Below are positions 33,247-43,054 of a stretch of DNA of 64,000 nt, piece after piece. The number at the start of each line of letters is the position of its first letter. The stretch's first letter is position 1. The notes beneath the pieces are model-generated. The model was not told the origin of the DNA and did not search any database. It saw nothing but the letters and a program-made list of their open reading frames with translations. Source of the DNA: Nitrosopumilaceae archaeon (lineage in GTDB: Archaea > Thermoproteota > Nitrososphaeria > Nitrososphaerales > Nitrosopumilaceae); NCBI GenBank assembly GCA_965214835.1, contig CBDCCK010000002.1:2080001-2144000 (forward strand), read 5' to 3'. A program made the translations under genes and the position numbers.

Positions 33247-33697
33247 AGCTGTCCAGGATCTTCGGGTTTGCCCTGAGAAACGTGATGAACTTTCTTAGCT
33301 GCCTGATTGTCTTCGGGTTCAGGTGGTGCTCGACTCCCTCTGCATCCTGGTTTGCCGTCTCGCTTCCAACCCCCAGTATCTCAAAGAACTCTAGGAGAAT
33401 TCCGTGCTTTTGCCGTATTCCCTCTGCAATCTGGGATCCCCGTGCAGTCAGGTTTATCCCGTGATACTTTTCATACTCCAAAAACCCGCCATCATCCAGC
33501 CTCTGCAGCATCTTGGTCACGCTGGGGGCGCTGACGTTCATGTACCTTGAGATGTCCAGCGTCGTGGCATATCCCTTCATCTCGACTAGCTCTGCAATGA
33601 CCTCTAGATAGTCCTCCATTCTGGAGCTTGATGCAGGCCTTGCCGACTGGTGCGCCGCCTTGATTGACTCTAGCCTGTCGTGCCTCTTTCCCTTCAA
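33233..33697 (-). CDS. DtxR/MntR metal-dependent regulator
   Basis: EDYL, VSAPSVT.M, KH..LE.F, EGVEH. Confidence 0.92.
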   Translation of the reverse strand: MKGKRHDRLESIKAAHQSARPASSSRMEDYLEVIAELVEMKGYATTLDISRYMNVSAPSVTKMLQRLDDGGFLEYEKYHGINLTARGSQIAEGIRQKHGILLEFFEILGVGSETANQDAEGVEHHLNPKTIRQLRKFITFLRANPKILDSFKNL

Positions 33698-33818
33698 CTA
33701 GTATCTGGGTGTGAATACTCGTATAAATGCTGTCCATGCCGGGTTACGCAAGATTGACCATGGGGTAATCTATGTTGATCCTCGATTTTTAACTATTTTT
33801 CCTTGGATCATAATTACC

Positions 33819-34172
33819 ATGGAAGACCGGTTGGCAGCAAGGCTAGAGAGGATCCGCTCGTTTTCAGAGTCGGCAAAGCGGCGCGCAAGCCTGTATGCTG
33901 ATATCGCAAGAATCGAGGACAAGCACACTGCCCGTTCGCTGGGAAGCGTCCAGCGGGCCTCCGCACCCGGGAAAAAACTGCAGAAGGTAGGCTTTATAAT
34001 GCTGTGGGTTCCCGAGCCTACGATGGTCACCGCGGCAATCGGCGGCCCGATGATCCTGGCAGGAAGGTACCTTGAGAAAAAATACAACAGCTCGACCATC
34101 TCTGATGTGGGCCGCCAGACAAAGACTACCATCTCGTCAATCAACGACTTTAAAGCCGCGATTAACTCTTAG
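33819..34172 (+). CDS. hypothetical protein
   Basis: ORF with a hydrophobic PEPT hairpin. Confidence 0.7.
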   Translation: MEDRLAARLERIRSFSESAKRRASLYADIARIEDKHTARSLGSVQRASAPGKKLQKVGFIMLWVPEPTMVTAAIGGPMILAGRYLEKKYNSSTISDVGRQTKTTISSINDFKAAINS

Positions 34173-34202
34173 TTTTTAAGCGGTTGCCAAGTATGGTGTA
34201 CC

Positions 34203-34694
34203 ATGCCGACACGGGTTCAGGTCATAGCCCCCATTGCAGCAGCTGCGTTCATTGTCGGGATCGTCGGACTGCTGTCCATCCCAAGCGACTCCAAGCTAGA
34301 GTCCGTCGAGTTCCCCCGGGGAACCGTCAAGGTCGACGACCGGGTTCTGGAGGTGCAGATTGCCGACAACGATCCCAGGCGCATCCGCGGACTGATGTTC
34401 CAGGAGCAGCTCCCCTATGATCAGGGGATGCTTTTTGTCTTTGACGAACCCGGGGTCTATTCCCTGTGGATGATCAACATGCAGTTCTCGCTTGACATGA
34501 TCTGGTTTGACGAGGACGGGGAAGTGGTGCACATTGAGACAAATGTCGAGCCGTGCAGGAGCGCGGTGGAAACCATGACCTGCCCCAGCAAGATCCCCTC
34601 CGCACATGCCATCTATGTGCTGGAGGTCACGGCGGGATTCGTGGAGGAATTTGGCATTGACGGCGACTCTAGGCTGGAGATAATCTCAATCTAG
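34203..34694 (+). CDS. DUF192-family protein
   Basis: GLMF, GMLFVF, WM.N..LD, YVLEV. Confidence 0.9.
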   Translation: MPTRVQVIAPIAAAAFIVGIVGLLSIPSDSKLESVEFPRGTVKVDDRVLEVQIADNDPRRIRGLMFQEQLPYDQGMLFVFDEPGVYSLWMINMQFSLDMIWFDEDGEVVHIETNVEPCRSAVETMTCPSKIPSAHAIYVLEVTAGFVEEFGIDGDSRLEIISI

Positions 34695-34734
34695 CCTGCA
34701 AAGCCTTATCAGTCGCAAGCCCGACAGCTGCGTT

Positions 34735-35361
34735 ATGGATGTACGGGCCCTGATTGCCGCCGCGGGAGCCGGCGTCGCGATCTCCATTGGAGTCGCTGTC
34801 CTGTCTTTGACATCCGGGCCCGGCGTGGAGTTTGATCCCCTGGACTTTGACTATTCTATGAACTCGCAGATATCAGAGGCCCTTGCAGGCCATGACATCT
34901 CCATGTCCTCGCCTGTCAGGGCATCACAGGCGTTTGCCGTCCAAAAGTACTGCACGTTTTTTGACGATCCCAAAAAGCAGTCCCAGGTGCAGTACTGCAC
35001 CTCCACCGAACTGCTCGACGAAAACGGGCACTTTCTTGGCAACGTACACATGGTGGGCACCCCTGAGAATCCAAAGCTGGTCATAACCATCCTGGAGGCC
35101 TCGTTTGAGGAGATCAGCAGGGTGTCTACCGCCTTTGATGTAGTCATTGACAATACCGTCTGTGAGTGCTGGGAGGATCTCTCCCCAGGAGGATTTCCCT
35201 CCGTCCACGACTGGACAGCTGCCCTCGGGGACTTTCACCGGCAGGCGACCTTCCAGAATACGACCAAGTCGGCGGTGCTGACGCTGGATGGCCTAAAGAT
35301 ACAGTCCGAGGTCACCTCCATCGAGGGCGCATACGTCTGGAAGCTCTTCGTGGCAGGGTAG
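34735..35361 (+). CDS. membrane-anchored hypothetical protein
   Basis: N-terminal TM segment; paired Cys. Confidence 0.8.
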   Translation: MDVRALIAAAGAGVAISIGVAVLSLTSGPGVEFDPLDFDYSMNSQISEALAGHDISMSSPVRASQAFAVQKYCTFFDDPKKQSQVQYCTSTELLDENGHFLGNVHMVGTPENPKLVITILEASFEEISRVSTAFDVVIDNTVCECWEDLSPGGFPSVHDWTAALGDFHRQATFQNTTKSAVLTLDGLKIQSEVTSIEGAYVWKLFVAG

Positions 35362-35399
35362 ATCAAACACGTAAAATAGATTGCCGGCGTGTATCTGAC

Positions 35400-36158
35400 A
35401 TGTTCGATGGCGTGTGGCTTGTTCCCCTGGGCGTGGCAGCCGGAGTACTGGGCTCGATGATCGGTCTGGGAGGCGGCATTGTCGTGGTTCCGGTTCTGAC
35501 GTTCCTGGGATTCCCGCCCACCGCAGCTGCAAGCAACAGCCTGTTTGCGGCATTTAGCAACGCCGTGGCATCCACCGTTTCATACTCGAGGCAAAGGCGG
35601 ATAGAGTACGGGATCGGCCTGAGGCTGGGATTGCTCAGCATACCGGGAACCGTGCTTGGCGCGCTTGTCTCCGCAGACGTCTCACCCGGGGCCTTTAAGA
35701 TACTGTTTGCACTGGTCCTAGCCGCCTCCGGCATCTACATATTCCTGCGCAAGAGCATGCAGGCCAAGGAAAAAACCGCAGCCCAGGCAGTGCTTGCCCT
35801 GGCAGTCGGCGCCAGCTTTTTTGCGGGGATCATCTCCAGCCTCTTTGGAATAGGAGGGGGGATTGTCTTTGTCCCGCTGATGGTGGTGGCCATGTGCATG
35901 GACATGAGAAGGGCCGCGCCCACATCGCAGTTTGTGCTCCTCTTTGCCTCCTTTTCTGGCCTTGCAGTCCACTCCGCGTTGGGCCACCCTGATTTTTTGC
36001 AGTCCATGTATCTTGCAGCCGGCGCCTTTGTAGGGGGGCTGGTGGGATCCCGCCTGTCTTTGGAGATCAGGGAGGGATATCTCCGGATTCTGGTATCTGC
36101 AGTCCTCTTTGTTGCGGCCGTCAAGATGATCCTGGACTCCTTTGAAGCCATGCTCTGA
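35400..36158 (+). CDS. TauE/SafE-family exporter
   Basis: Duplicated GxGGG...VP motifs; multi-TM. Confidence 0.9.
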   Translation: MFDGVWLVPLGVAAGVLGSMIGLGGGIVVVPVLTFLGFPPTAAASNSLFAAFSNAVASTVSYSRQRRIEYGIGLRLGLLSIPGTVLGALVSADVSPGAFKILFALVLAASGIYIFLRKSMQAKEKTAAQAVLALAVGASFFAGIISSLFGIGGGIVFVPLMVVAMCMDMRRAAPTSQFVLLFASFSGLAVHSALGHPDFLQSMYLAAGAFVGGLVGSRLSLEIREGYLRILVSAVLFVAAVKMILDSFEAML

Positions 36159-36202
36159 GCCACGTGATGCTCTTGATTCGGCAGGTGCCCCCGGATATGC
36201 TG

Positions 36203-37978
36203 CTACCTTACCTCGTCAACGCAGAATATGACCTCTGGTGATGCGGCCGCGCCCGGTGATACGAGGAAGTTCAGCGCATTTGCAATCCTGCCGCTGTCCG
36301 GCTCTGCTCCCGTGACGGAGCCCGGCAGAACCGTGAACATCCTGACCCTTGACCTTAGGACGTCGCTGAGCTCCTGGTTGACCGTGGTGGTAAAGGGCCT
36401 CAGGGCCCCCCTGAAGACCTCGACCTGCATTCTTTTCACACCGGGAACCTTTCTTCCCACCGGCAGGCCCGGGCCTATTATTAAAATCGAGCCTGCAGCG
36501 TCCCTGAACCTTCGGGGGTCTTTTCTGCCTCCGGGTACAAAGTGCTCTAGTGCCTCCTGTGCGACCGTTGCAGGCGTCGTAATGAACTTTGCAGTCAGCT
36601 CCTCCCACCCTTCCCTGCTCAGCTCCGTAAGCCTTTCAATGTCTGGCAGGTTACCTGTGACGTGAACCACTGCTAGGATCTCGCCCAACCTTGCCTTTGC
36701 CGTGTCCAGCCATCTTGAGACCTCCTCTGGATTGGCAATATCCACTGCGTGGGAGTGGAACCTTGCACTGATCGAGTCCTGTAGTTTTTGCGGCGTACTG
36801 CTGGAGATAAGGCACGCTACCTTGCCGCCGTTTCTCTCAACATATGTTGCCAGGTGCTCCACTCTTGCGGCATCCGTCTGGTCTGTGGCATCCACCGTGA
36901 ACACGACGGCCTTTCCTGCAAAGTCCACCTGGCCTACGCGTGGCGCTGCGTTTCCAACATGTGCCCTTACCGGATAAAACACCCTGTCCCCGGGAATCAC
37001 CTTTCCGTTTAGGATCGGGGCTAGCCTGTCGTCACACAGATCAAGAACCGTCTCGGCGACGTGATCCTGCTTTAGGAACTCCCGGTCTGCAATCATGTGC
37101 GACGTGTTGCTTTGGATCTTTGCTGCAAGCCTCTGGATTTGCTCTAGCAGCCTTGTGTATGTCCCGGCAAGCTTGTCTGCGTCCCTGCCGCCTGACAGCT
37201 TTTGTGCGGCCCCTGCGACCCCCTCACTGTTTATTCCGTCGGACTCTATGCAGTCGAGCAGATCGTCTCTTGCCTCCTCGACCTGTACGGGTTCTAGATC
37301 CTCAAAGCCTGCGACCCTCATGAACTCGGCGGCAGCCTTTGGATAGACCGTCTTGTAGATCCTGTCTGAGTGAACCGGCCCCGGGTTTGTCGCAATCGAG
37401 ATTACACCCCTCTCTACCAGCTCCCACGACATTGCCTCTGCCAGCCTGTTTTTGGCGCCCTGGGCGGCAGTATACGGGCTTCTGAACCTGTACGGCCTCT
37501 GTTCAAGCGGCTTTTCCTCCGTAAAGAACGTCGAAATCGTAATTATCTTTCCGCCCTCCCTCATTACCCTGAGGCCCTGCACCGAGGTCCAAAACGTACC
37601 TGTCAGGTGAATGCCGACTGTGCCCTTGAACTCATCAAGCGGAGCGTTTGCAAAACATGTCACGGGGCCTGAGACCCCCGCGTTGTTGATTATATAGTCC
37701 ACCGTAGCACCCTCGCTTTTTAGGGCCTCAAACATGCTGTTGATGCTTGGCGCATCGCTTACGTCTACCCCGTCAAATATCCTGACTGTCGCACTGCTTT
37801 GCTTTTCCGCAATGATTCTCTTCAGCATTGCAGCCGTCTGGACAAGCGGCTCCCTTCGCCTGCCTAGGATGACCACGCTGGCCCCGTCCTCGACAAACCT
37901 CCTTGCAATCGTCTGCCCGATTCCCGTTCCACTACCTGTGATCAGTGCAAGCCTGCCTTGAAATTTTAACAACGACAT
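36203..37978 (-). CDS. two-domain SDR oxidoreductase
   Basis: TGSGTGIG, NNAG, PGPVHSDRI; degenerate second Rossmann domain. Confidence 0.88.
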   Translation of the reverse strand: MSLLKFQGRLALITGSGTGIGQTIARRFVEDGASVVILGRRREPLVQTAAMLKRIIAEKQSSATVRIFDGVDVSDAPSINSMFEALKSEGATVDYIINNAGVSGPVTCFANAPLDEFKGTVGIHLTGTFWTSVQGLRVMREGGKIITISTFFTEEKPLEQRPYRFRSPYTAAQGAKNRLAEAMSWELVERGVISIATNPGPVHSDRIYKTVYPKAAAEFMRVAGFEDLEPVQVEEARDDLLDCIESDGINSEGVAGAAQKLSGGRDADKLAGTYTRLLEQIQRLAAKIQSNTSHMIADREFLKQDHVAETVLDLCDDRLAPILNGKVIPGDRVFYPVRAHVGNAAPRVGQVDFAGKAVVFTVDATDQTDAARVEHLATYVERNGGKVACLISSSTPQKLQDSISARFHSHAVDIANPEEVSRWLDTAKARLGEILAVVHVTGNLPDIERLTELSREGWEELTAKFITTPATVAQEALEHFVPGGRKDPRRFRDAAGSILIIGPGLPVGRKVPGVKRMQVEVFRGALRPFTTTVNQELSDVLRSRVRMFTVLPGSVTGAEPDSGRIANALNFLVSPGAAASPEVIFCVDEVR

Positions 37979-38020
37979 GCATGCCAAACCTTTGCGATAT
38001 TTATTTGGATTGATCGGCCC

Positions 38021-38600
38021 GGGGCTGTCCAAAAAATTTCCCACAGGCTGACACAATCTGCCAGTCTGCCCCCGGATGTGGGCAGTTTCAGACGCAGAAC
38101 GGGACATTTTTGGCCAGCTTTGCACAAAAGGCAACGCAAACACCCGTGCGGATCATTACCTTGCGGCAGTTCTGTGGCCCAACAGTGCGGAGCTTGTGAT
38201 AAGCCATGCCGCAAGGTTGTAGCACAGCATGCAAGCGGACAGCACGCTGTGATGGCCCCGTCCAGCTTTTGCAGGACGAGCCCAGCCTCTTCACTGCTGA
38301 GAACAGGGACTCTGCCTGGCCTCATCCTGTGGTAGGCGCGTCAGAATCCGTCTGGCCTGCCGCGCAGCCACTGCAGCATCTTGGCCCGGGTGCCGAATCC
38401 GCAGCCTGTATACTGGGCGGCAGTCTTTGGCGCATGGGTCATGGCAAACGCGATGATGCACATGAGGGGGATCGCTACCGGGGATCCGCTGATCAACTGG
38501 CAGTGCCTCAGGGACGTACTCAAGCACTGTGCGCCCGGCCATGGGATGCTGCCTGGGCCACAGCCTTTGGTGCCTTCCTGAGTTGCTTCTGGGATGGCTG
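38021..38600 (-). mobile_element. IS5-type right-end remnant
   Basis: Reverse copy of ~12400-12836; TIR GGGGCTGTCCAAAAAA. Confidence 0.85.
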
Positions 38601-38667
38601 CAGGGATACGTGGCCCCATAGCCGCCGCGCCGAATATGTTTATTTGTGGGTGTAATTTCTAAAAACC

Positions 38668-38904
38668 ATGCATGACGCAGAACCCGACACGTTTGACCTG
38701 AAATCGATTCCCGAGGCCTACTCTGAGCTTCTAGCTGCTATAGGCATCGACTCTGCTGCCAAGGAGGTTGGCACCGACGATGTAGAGCACGGGGACTATT
38801 ACAGCAGGTATTTCTCCCAGTCCCCCCGGATGATTACCAACAAGGGATGTGTTGAGATCTCCGACTCGAACATCGACGTCGTTCAAATCATCCAAAAGGG
38901 GTAA
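38668..38904 (+). CDS. hypothetical protein
   Basis: 78-aa ORF. Confidence 0.75.
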   Translation: MHDAEPDTFDLKSIPEAYSELLAAIGIDSAAKEVGTDDVEHGDYYSRYFSQSPRMITNKGCVEISDSNIDVVQIIQKG

Positions 38905-38907
38905 AAG

Positions 38908-39282
38908 ATGCAGGATCCGAATCCACTCCCATGGGGCGCCTTGGACAGGTTCCAGGCGCACTTTATCGTCCGCAAGGATATCACCTCTGACGTCCTAGAT
39001 TACACTGCAAGGGCAGTCCTTGCGACCCGGGGCCGCTTTGGCGCAAAGGAGGTCGTATCTGTCAGCTGGAACGGCGGTAGGCTGGCATCCATACTGAATG
39101 ACGACTCTGCATTAAACGAGATGGTCTCACAGCAGCCTGTGGGGGACGCAAGCATCATCGTAGAGCCGACCGAAAACGCCGTAAGGATTCACAGCAGGTG
39201 GCAAAACAGGCATGATCTTGGGATCTCAAAGGAGATGTTTGAGGTCTACGACAGGATTGCCGGCCATGTTAAGGGACTCTAG
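38908..39282 (+). CDS. hypothetical protein
   Basis: 124-aa ORF in frame with the upstream ORF. Confidence 0.78.
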   Translation: MQDPNPLPWGALDRFQAHFIVRKDITSDVLDYTARAVLATRGRFGAKEVVSVSWNGGRLASILNDDSALNEMVSQQPVGDASIIVEPTENAVRIHSRWQNRHDLGISKEMFEVYDRIAGHVKGL

Positions 39283-39812
39283 GCCTTCCACCAGTCCAGC
39301 GCAAGAAAGCCCACGCCCTTGGCCCTGGGTATGGCCAAAATGAACTGCTTTCTTACCGTCGTTGCAAGCCTTCCTGCCAGGACCACCCCAGTCGTTGTAA
39401 TGGAATCCCTTGGGCTGTATACTTGCACCAAATATGGCGCATGATCCACTCCGGGACCCCTTTCGTATACTGCAAAATCACAGCCAAACTTTATTCCCGG
39501 ATTTACAATGTATCCCCTGTCTCTAAAGCTCTTGTATACCTGGTACTTTCTGTCAAAGTCATGGTACTCTTGGCCGCAGATCCTGCCCATTTTGGCAGCT
39601 GACACCCTAGTCTTTGCAGACGTGATTTTTAGCCTCCCCTTCTCTAGCAGGTAATACCCCTCAATCAAGTCCAAGATCAGCGGAACGTCAATCTCCTCGG
39701 GCCTCGGCTTTGGAATCCCAATCGGCTTTCCATAGTATCCGTCAGAGAACAGCCTTCTAGAGTCGTCTATGTCCCACACTACAATCCTGTTGTCTATCAG
39801 CTCTGCCTTCAC
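39279..39812 (-). CDS. endA: tRNA intron endonuclease
   Basis: GIKFGCDFAVY..GP..DHA, RLATTVRK. Confidence 0.93.
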   Translation of the reverse strand: MKAELIDNRIVVWDIDDSRRLFSDGYYGKPIGIPKPRPEEIDVPLILDLIEGYYLLEKGRLKITSAKTRVSAAKMGRICGQEYHDFDRKYQVYKSFRDRGYIVNPGIKFGCDFAVYERGPGVDHAPYLVQVYSPRDSITTTGVVLAGRLATTVRKQFILAIPRAKGVGFLALDWWKA

Positions 39813-39968
39813 AGGGAACCTGCAGCTTGCGAGCTATATGACAGTAGTCCTTGCACCGCGGCAGGCCCGCCTGTCCTGCATGCTGTGACTGCCTCATGCG
39901 GGACGGGATTGCCTGCAGAGGGCAAGGTCCCGACCGAAAACCTGCAAGGAAGAGCCGCCTGTCCTGTC

Positions 39969-40622
39969 CTAGAGGCTCAGTGCAAGCAGGATGAACGAGT
40001 CAGAGACCCTCTGACACTTGTCTGCCATCTCCTCGATTCCCTCGATGACGTCCTTCATCAAAAGCAGCTCCTTTGTATTTGAAACCTCGCCTAGCAGCTT
40101 GAGCGTGGCCTGCCTGTACTTGTTGTCTATCTCCCTCTCGATCTTTTGCGTCTCCTGGGCAAGCTCGATGGCACTTGCCGCGTTGTTGTTCAGGTTCCTG
40201 ATGATCTCGTTTAGCTTGTACACCTCGTCTACGACCAACTCGATTAGCTCCGTGACCTCCTTGTCCAGCTTTGAGTTCTTTAGCGTCGTGGCCTTTACGT
40301 TTGACAGCTTGAACGAAATCCCTGTGATGTACCCTGCAATCTCGTCCATCGTGTAGGCGGTGTTTAGAAGGTTTTCCCTGTTCATGATCAGCCCGCCAAC
40401 GTCGGCAACCTCCCTTGTAATTTTCCGTCGCAGCGTCTCGACCTCCTCCTCAATGCTGGAGATCTGCTCTAGCGCGTTCTTTACGCCGGACTTGTCTTTG
40501 GCAACCATCAGGCCTGGCAGCGTGGCAAGCTCCCTTGCCGCGTTTAGAATTCTGTTGATTTCGTCTTGAAGAACCGCAATCGCCTTTCTCTTAGCTTGAA
40601 CTTCAAGCTCGCCGCTATACAT
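39969..40622 (-). CDS. DUF47/PhoU-like protein
   Basis: Helical repeats with EE..E, D.IA, E.EID and E.MAD. Confidence 0.85.
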   Translation of the reverse strand: MYSGELEVQAKRKAIAVLQDEINRILNAARELATLPGLMVAKDKSGVKNALEQISSIEEEVETLRRKITREVADVGGLIMNRENLLNTAYTMDEIAGYITGISFKLSNVKATTLKNSKLDKEVTELIELVVDEVYKLNEIIRNLNNNAASAIELAQETQKIEREIDNKYRQATLKLLGEVSNTKELLLMKDVIEGIEEMADKCQRVSDSFILLALSL

Positions 40623-40793
40623 GCTGAAAACTAGGAATTTCGCAACTCTAATTAAATCCTCTGATATCACCCGTCTTCCCAAATGCAGCTGACTCATGGC
40701 AGAGTAGGCAGCCGTATGCGGATCTGCAGGCGGCCTAGCTTTAGCTGTCAATCTTAATCGCTTTATGGGGAACTTTTGAAAAGACTGATCCTG

Positions 40794-42560
40794 CTAGTAG
40801 GATCCCCGGTCTTGGGATACCTTTTTTTGCCCCTTGTACAGCGCGACTATCTCCTGATCAGTCGACGCGTCCTCTGCGGCCTTTTCCAGCCTGACCCTTC
40901 CCGTAAACTTTGGAAACCTCAGAGCCAGCCCGCTGTTTTTTCTAACCGCGCCCTTTGCTGACCTGTGTATCGGGCTCAGGGTAATCTCGGATGCGACAAT
41001 CTCGACTATGAGCTCGGGCTCAAACCACACGTCGGGCTCCATCACGCTTTCGATCCTGGGATTCCTTTTGATTGTGACCCTGCTTGAGAGCAGCTGGTAC
41101 AACTGATCCAGGTCATCATCGGTAAACCCCGTGCCTACCTTACAGATGCTGGGAAACGTGTCTGTCTCGTCGTCGTAGGATGCCAGCAGCAGGGTCCCGT
41201 ACCTGCCGGTCCTCCTTCCCCTTCCAAAGAAGGCCCCTATGACGACGAGATCCAGGCTGTCTCCCAGCTCGTTTCTGTACTCCCTTTTCAGCTTGAGCCA
41301 GTTGTTCCCCCTAGATCCTGCCTGGTACCTTGCATCAAGCAGCTTTAGCATCAGCCCCTCGCATCCTGCATTTATGCTGTTCTCCAAAAACTCCTCTATC
41401 TCGCTCTCGCTTGTCACCACCGTCATTGGAATGTGCCTTGCATAGTCGTCTTTTACGACGATCTTCTCTAGGATCCTCCTTCTTTTGCCATACTCTGACT
41501 CTAGGCAGTCCTTGCCGTTATAGTACAGGACGTCAAAGAAGTTTACTGTAATGGGATACTCTGATACTGCCTTTTCCACCCCGTACTTTCGCCTTCTGTG
41601 CATCAGCTCCTGGAACGGCAGGAACTCCCCGCTGTCCTCGTTGACTGCCACTGCCTCAGCCTCCAGTATCGCATCGTCTGCCTTGACGGCCTTGGGAATC
41701 CTCTCAACTATGTCCGGATAGTAGCTTGTGATGTTCTCCAGGCTCCTGGAGAATAGGACCACCCGCTCACCATCCGTGTGAATCTGCACCCTCTCCCCGT
41801 CCAGCTTGTACTCTGCTGCAAACCTCGCCCCCATCTTCTGGATTGCCTCCCGCTCGCTTTTTACCCTCTCTGCCAGCATCGGTCGGACCGGATGAAACAC
41901 CGCCACCTGGAATTCCTCCAGTCCCCTGGCACCCCCCTCTGCGATTGTCTGGGCAACCCTTCCCAAGTCACTTGAGACGTTGTACGCCCTCTCCAAAATC
42001 CCCCTGTTGGCCTTGTCTCCTGTGTGCGTGACTGCCAGCGCATCCATTACTGTATTCTCTGCCACTCCCAGCCGCAGGGTGCCCAGCAGCAGCTTTAGAA
42101 TAAAGCGTGCCTCGATCGGCGTCGCATCGTTGAGCAGGCTTGAGATGTATTTGATCTTCATGTCCTGGGATCTGGCACCCTCAAGCCCTGCAATTTTTAT
42201 CAAGGTCTCGTACACCCTTTCCACCGTGATGTCCTCTGCCATGAATGTAGTCTGGGTTTTCTGCTCCAGGATGATCGATGATGCAAGTCCCAGATCCCCC
42301 TCTTCCCCATAGGTCTCCTCTATTTTTTTTACGGGTATGCCAGACGACTTTGAGATCGCCCTGATTGCCAGCTTTTCTGCAACCCCCAACTCCACCCCCT
42401 CAAAGTTCGGGCGAAGCTTTCCCTGTATGAGGTAGACGATCTTTGAGATGACCCCCGGCGGCGTCTTTTCAAACAGCTCCACCAGATGCTGCGTCAGCTC
42501 CAGCCTCTTCCTGGTCTTCTCCATCCTTTCAAATGCCTCAGCTAGAACAGAAAACTCCAC
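40794..42560 (-). CDS. lig: ATP-dependent DNA ligase
   Basis: EYKLDGER, EGLMLK, WLKLK, LRFP. Confidence 0.97.
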   Translation of the reverse strand: MEFSVLAEAFERMEKTRKRLELTQHLVELFEKTPPGVISKIVYLIQGKLRPNFEGVELGVAEKLAIRAISKSSGIPVKKIEETYGEEGDLGLASSIILEQKTQTTFMAEDITVERVYETLIKIAGLEGARSQDMKIKYISSLLNDATPIEARFILKLLLGTLRLGVAENTVMDALAVTHTGDKANRGILERAYNVSSDLGRVAQTIAEGGARGLEEFQVAVFHPVRPMLAERVKSEREAIQKMGARFAAEYKLDGERVQIHTDGERVVLFSRSLENITSYYPDIVERIPKAVKADDAILEAEAVAVNEDSGEFLPFQELMHRRRKYGVEKAVSEYPITVNFFDVLYYNGKDCLESEYGKRRRILEKIVVKDDYARHIPMTVVTSESEIEEFLENSINAGCEGLMLKLLDARYQAGSRGNNWLKLKREYRNELGDSLDLVVIGAFFGRGRRTGRYGTLLLASYDDETDTFPSICKVGTGFTDDDLDQLYQLLSSRVTIKRNPRIESVMEPDVWFEPELIVEIVASEITLSPIHRSAKGAVRKNSGLALRFPKFTGRVRLEKAAEDASTDQEIVALYKGQKKVSQDRGSY

Positions 42561-42596
42561 CTGATGTCTTGCCCTGCCCTGAATAAAAGTCTGAAT

Positions 42597-43007
42597 CTAG
42601 ATGTACCTGAAGATCGTCCTCTTTTCTGTATTCTTGCCGTCTGCCACCAGCGCAAAGTTGCACAGCGGATACGCCTCCTTGTACTGCTTCATAAAGCTCC
42701 ATGCGACGTCGTGGGTCTTAAACTCCGTCCTTATCCCCTCGATTCTGGACTCCTTTCCATACACGTCAAAGACGACTATGGAGTAGCTCTTTGGCCTGTT
42801 GTGAGGCCTTGCCTTTAAAAGCCACGCCAGTGCAAAGACAAACACTGCCCCTAGCACCACCGACTCTCCTGCATACCTGAAGAAGGCCATCACGACGCCT
42901 GGAATGGTCTCCCCGAACAGGTGTCCTACAGAGTATGAAAACGCGATCACGGCAACCGCTGTCATGATGTATGTCTTGAGATCAAACAGCTGGGAGAACG
43001 GACTCAA
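42597..43007 (-). CDS. hypothetical membrane protein
   Basis: Two TM segments plus a soluble C-terminus. Confidence 0.75.
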   Translation of the reverse strand: MSPFSQLFDLKTYIMTAVAVIAFSYSVGHLFGETIPGVVMAFFRYAGESVVLGAVFVFALAWLLKARPHNRPKSYSIVVFDVYGKESRIEGIRTEFKTHDVAWSFMKQYKEAYPLCNFALVADGKNTEKRTIFRYI

Positions 43008-43054
43008 TCTGTATTTGGTAGGTTTGCCTTTTCTTTTAACTCTTGTCCAGCTCG

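Noticed and set aside
37979-38143. N-terminal extension of the SDR in the ORF track
   Set aside because: Runs into an IS remnant; the real start is probably 37978
40767-40785. GGGGAACTTTTG matching the left flank of IS110 copy 2
   Set aside because: The right arm does not match the guide well; may be chance
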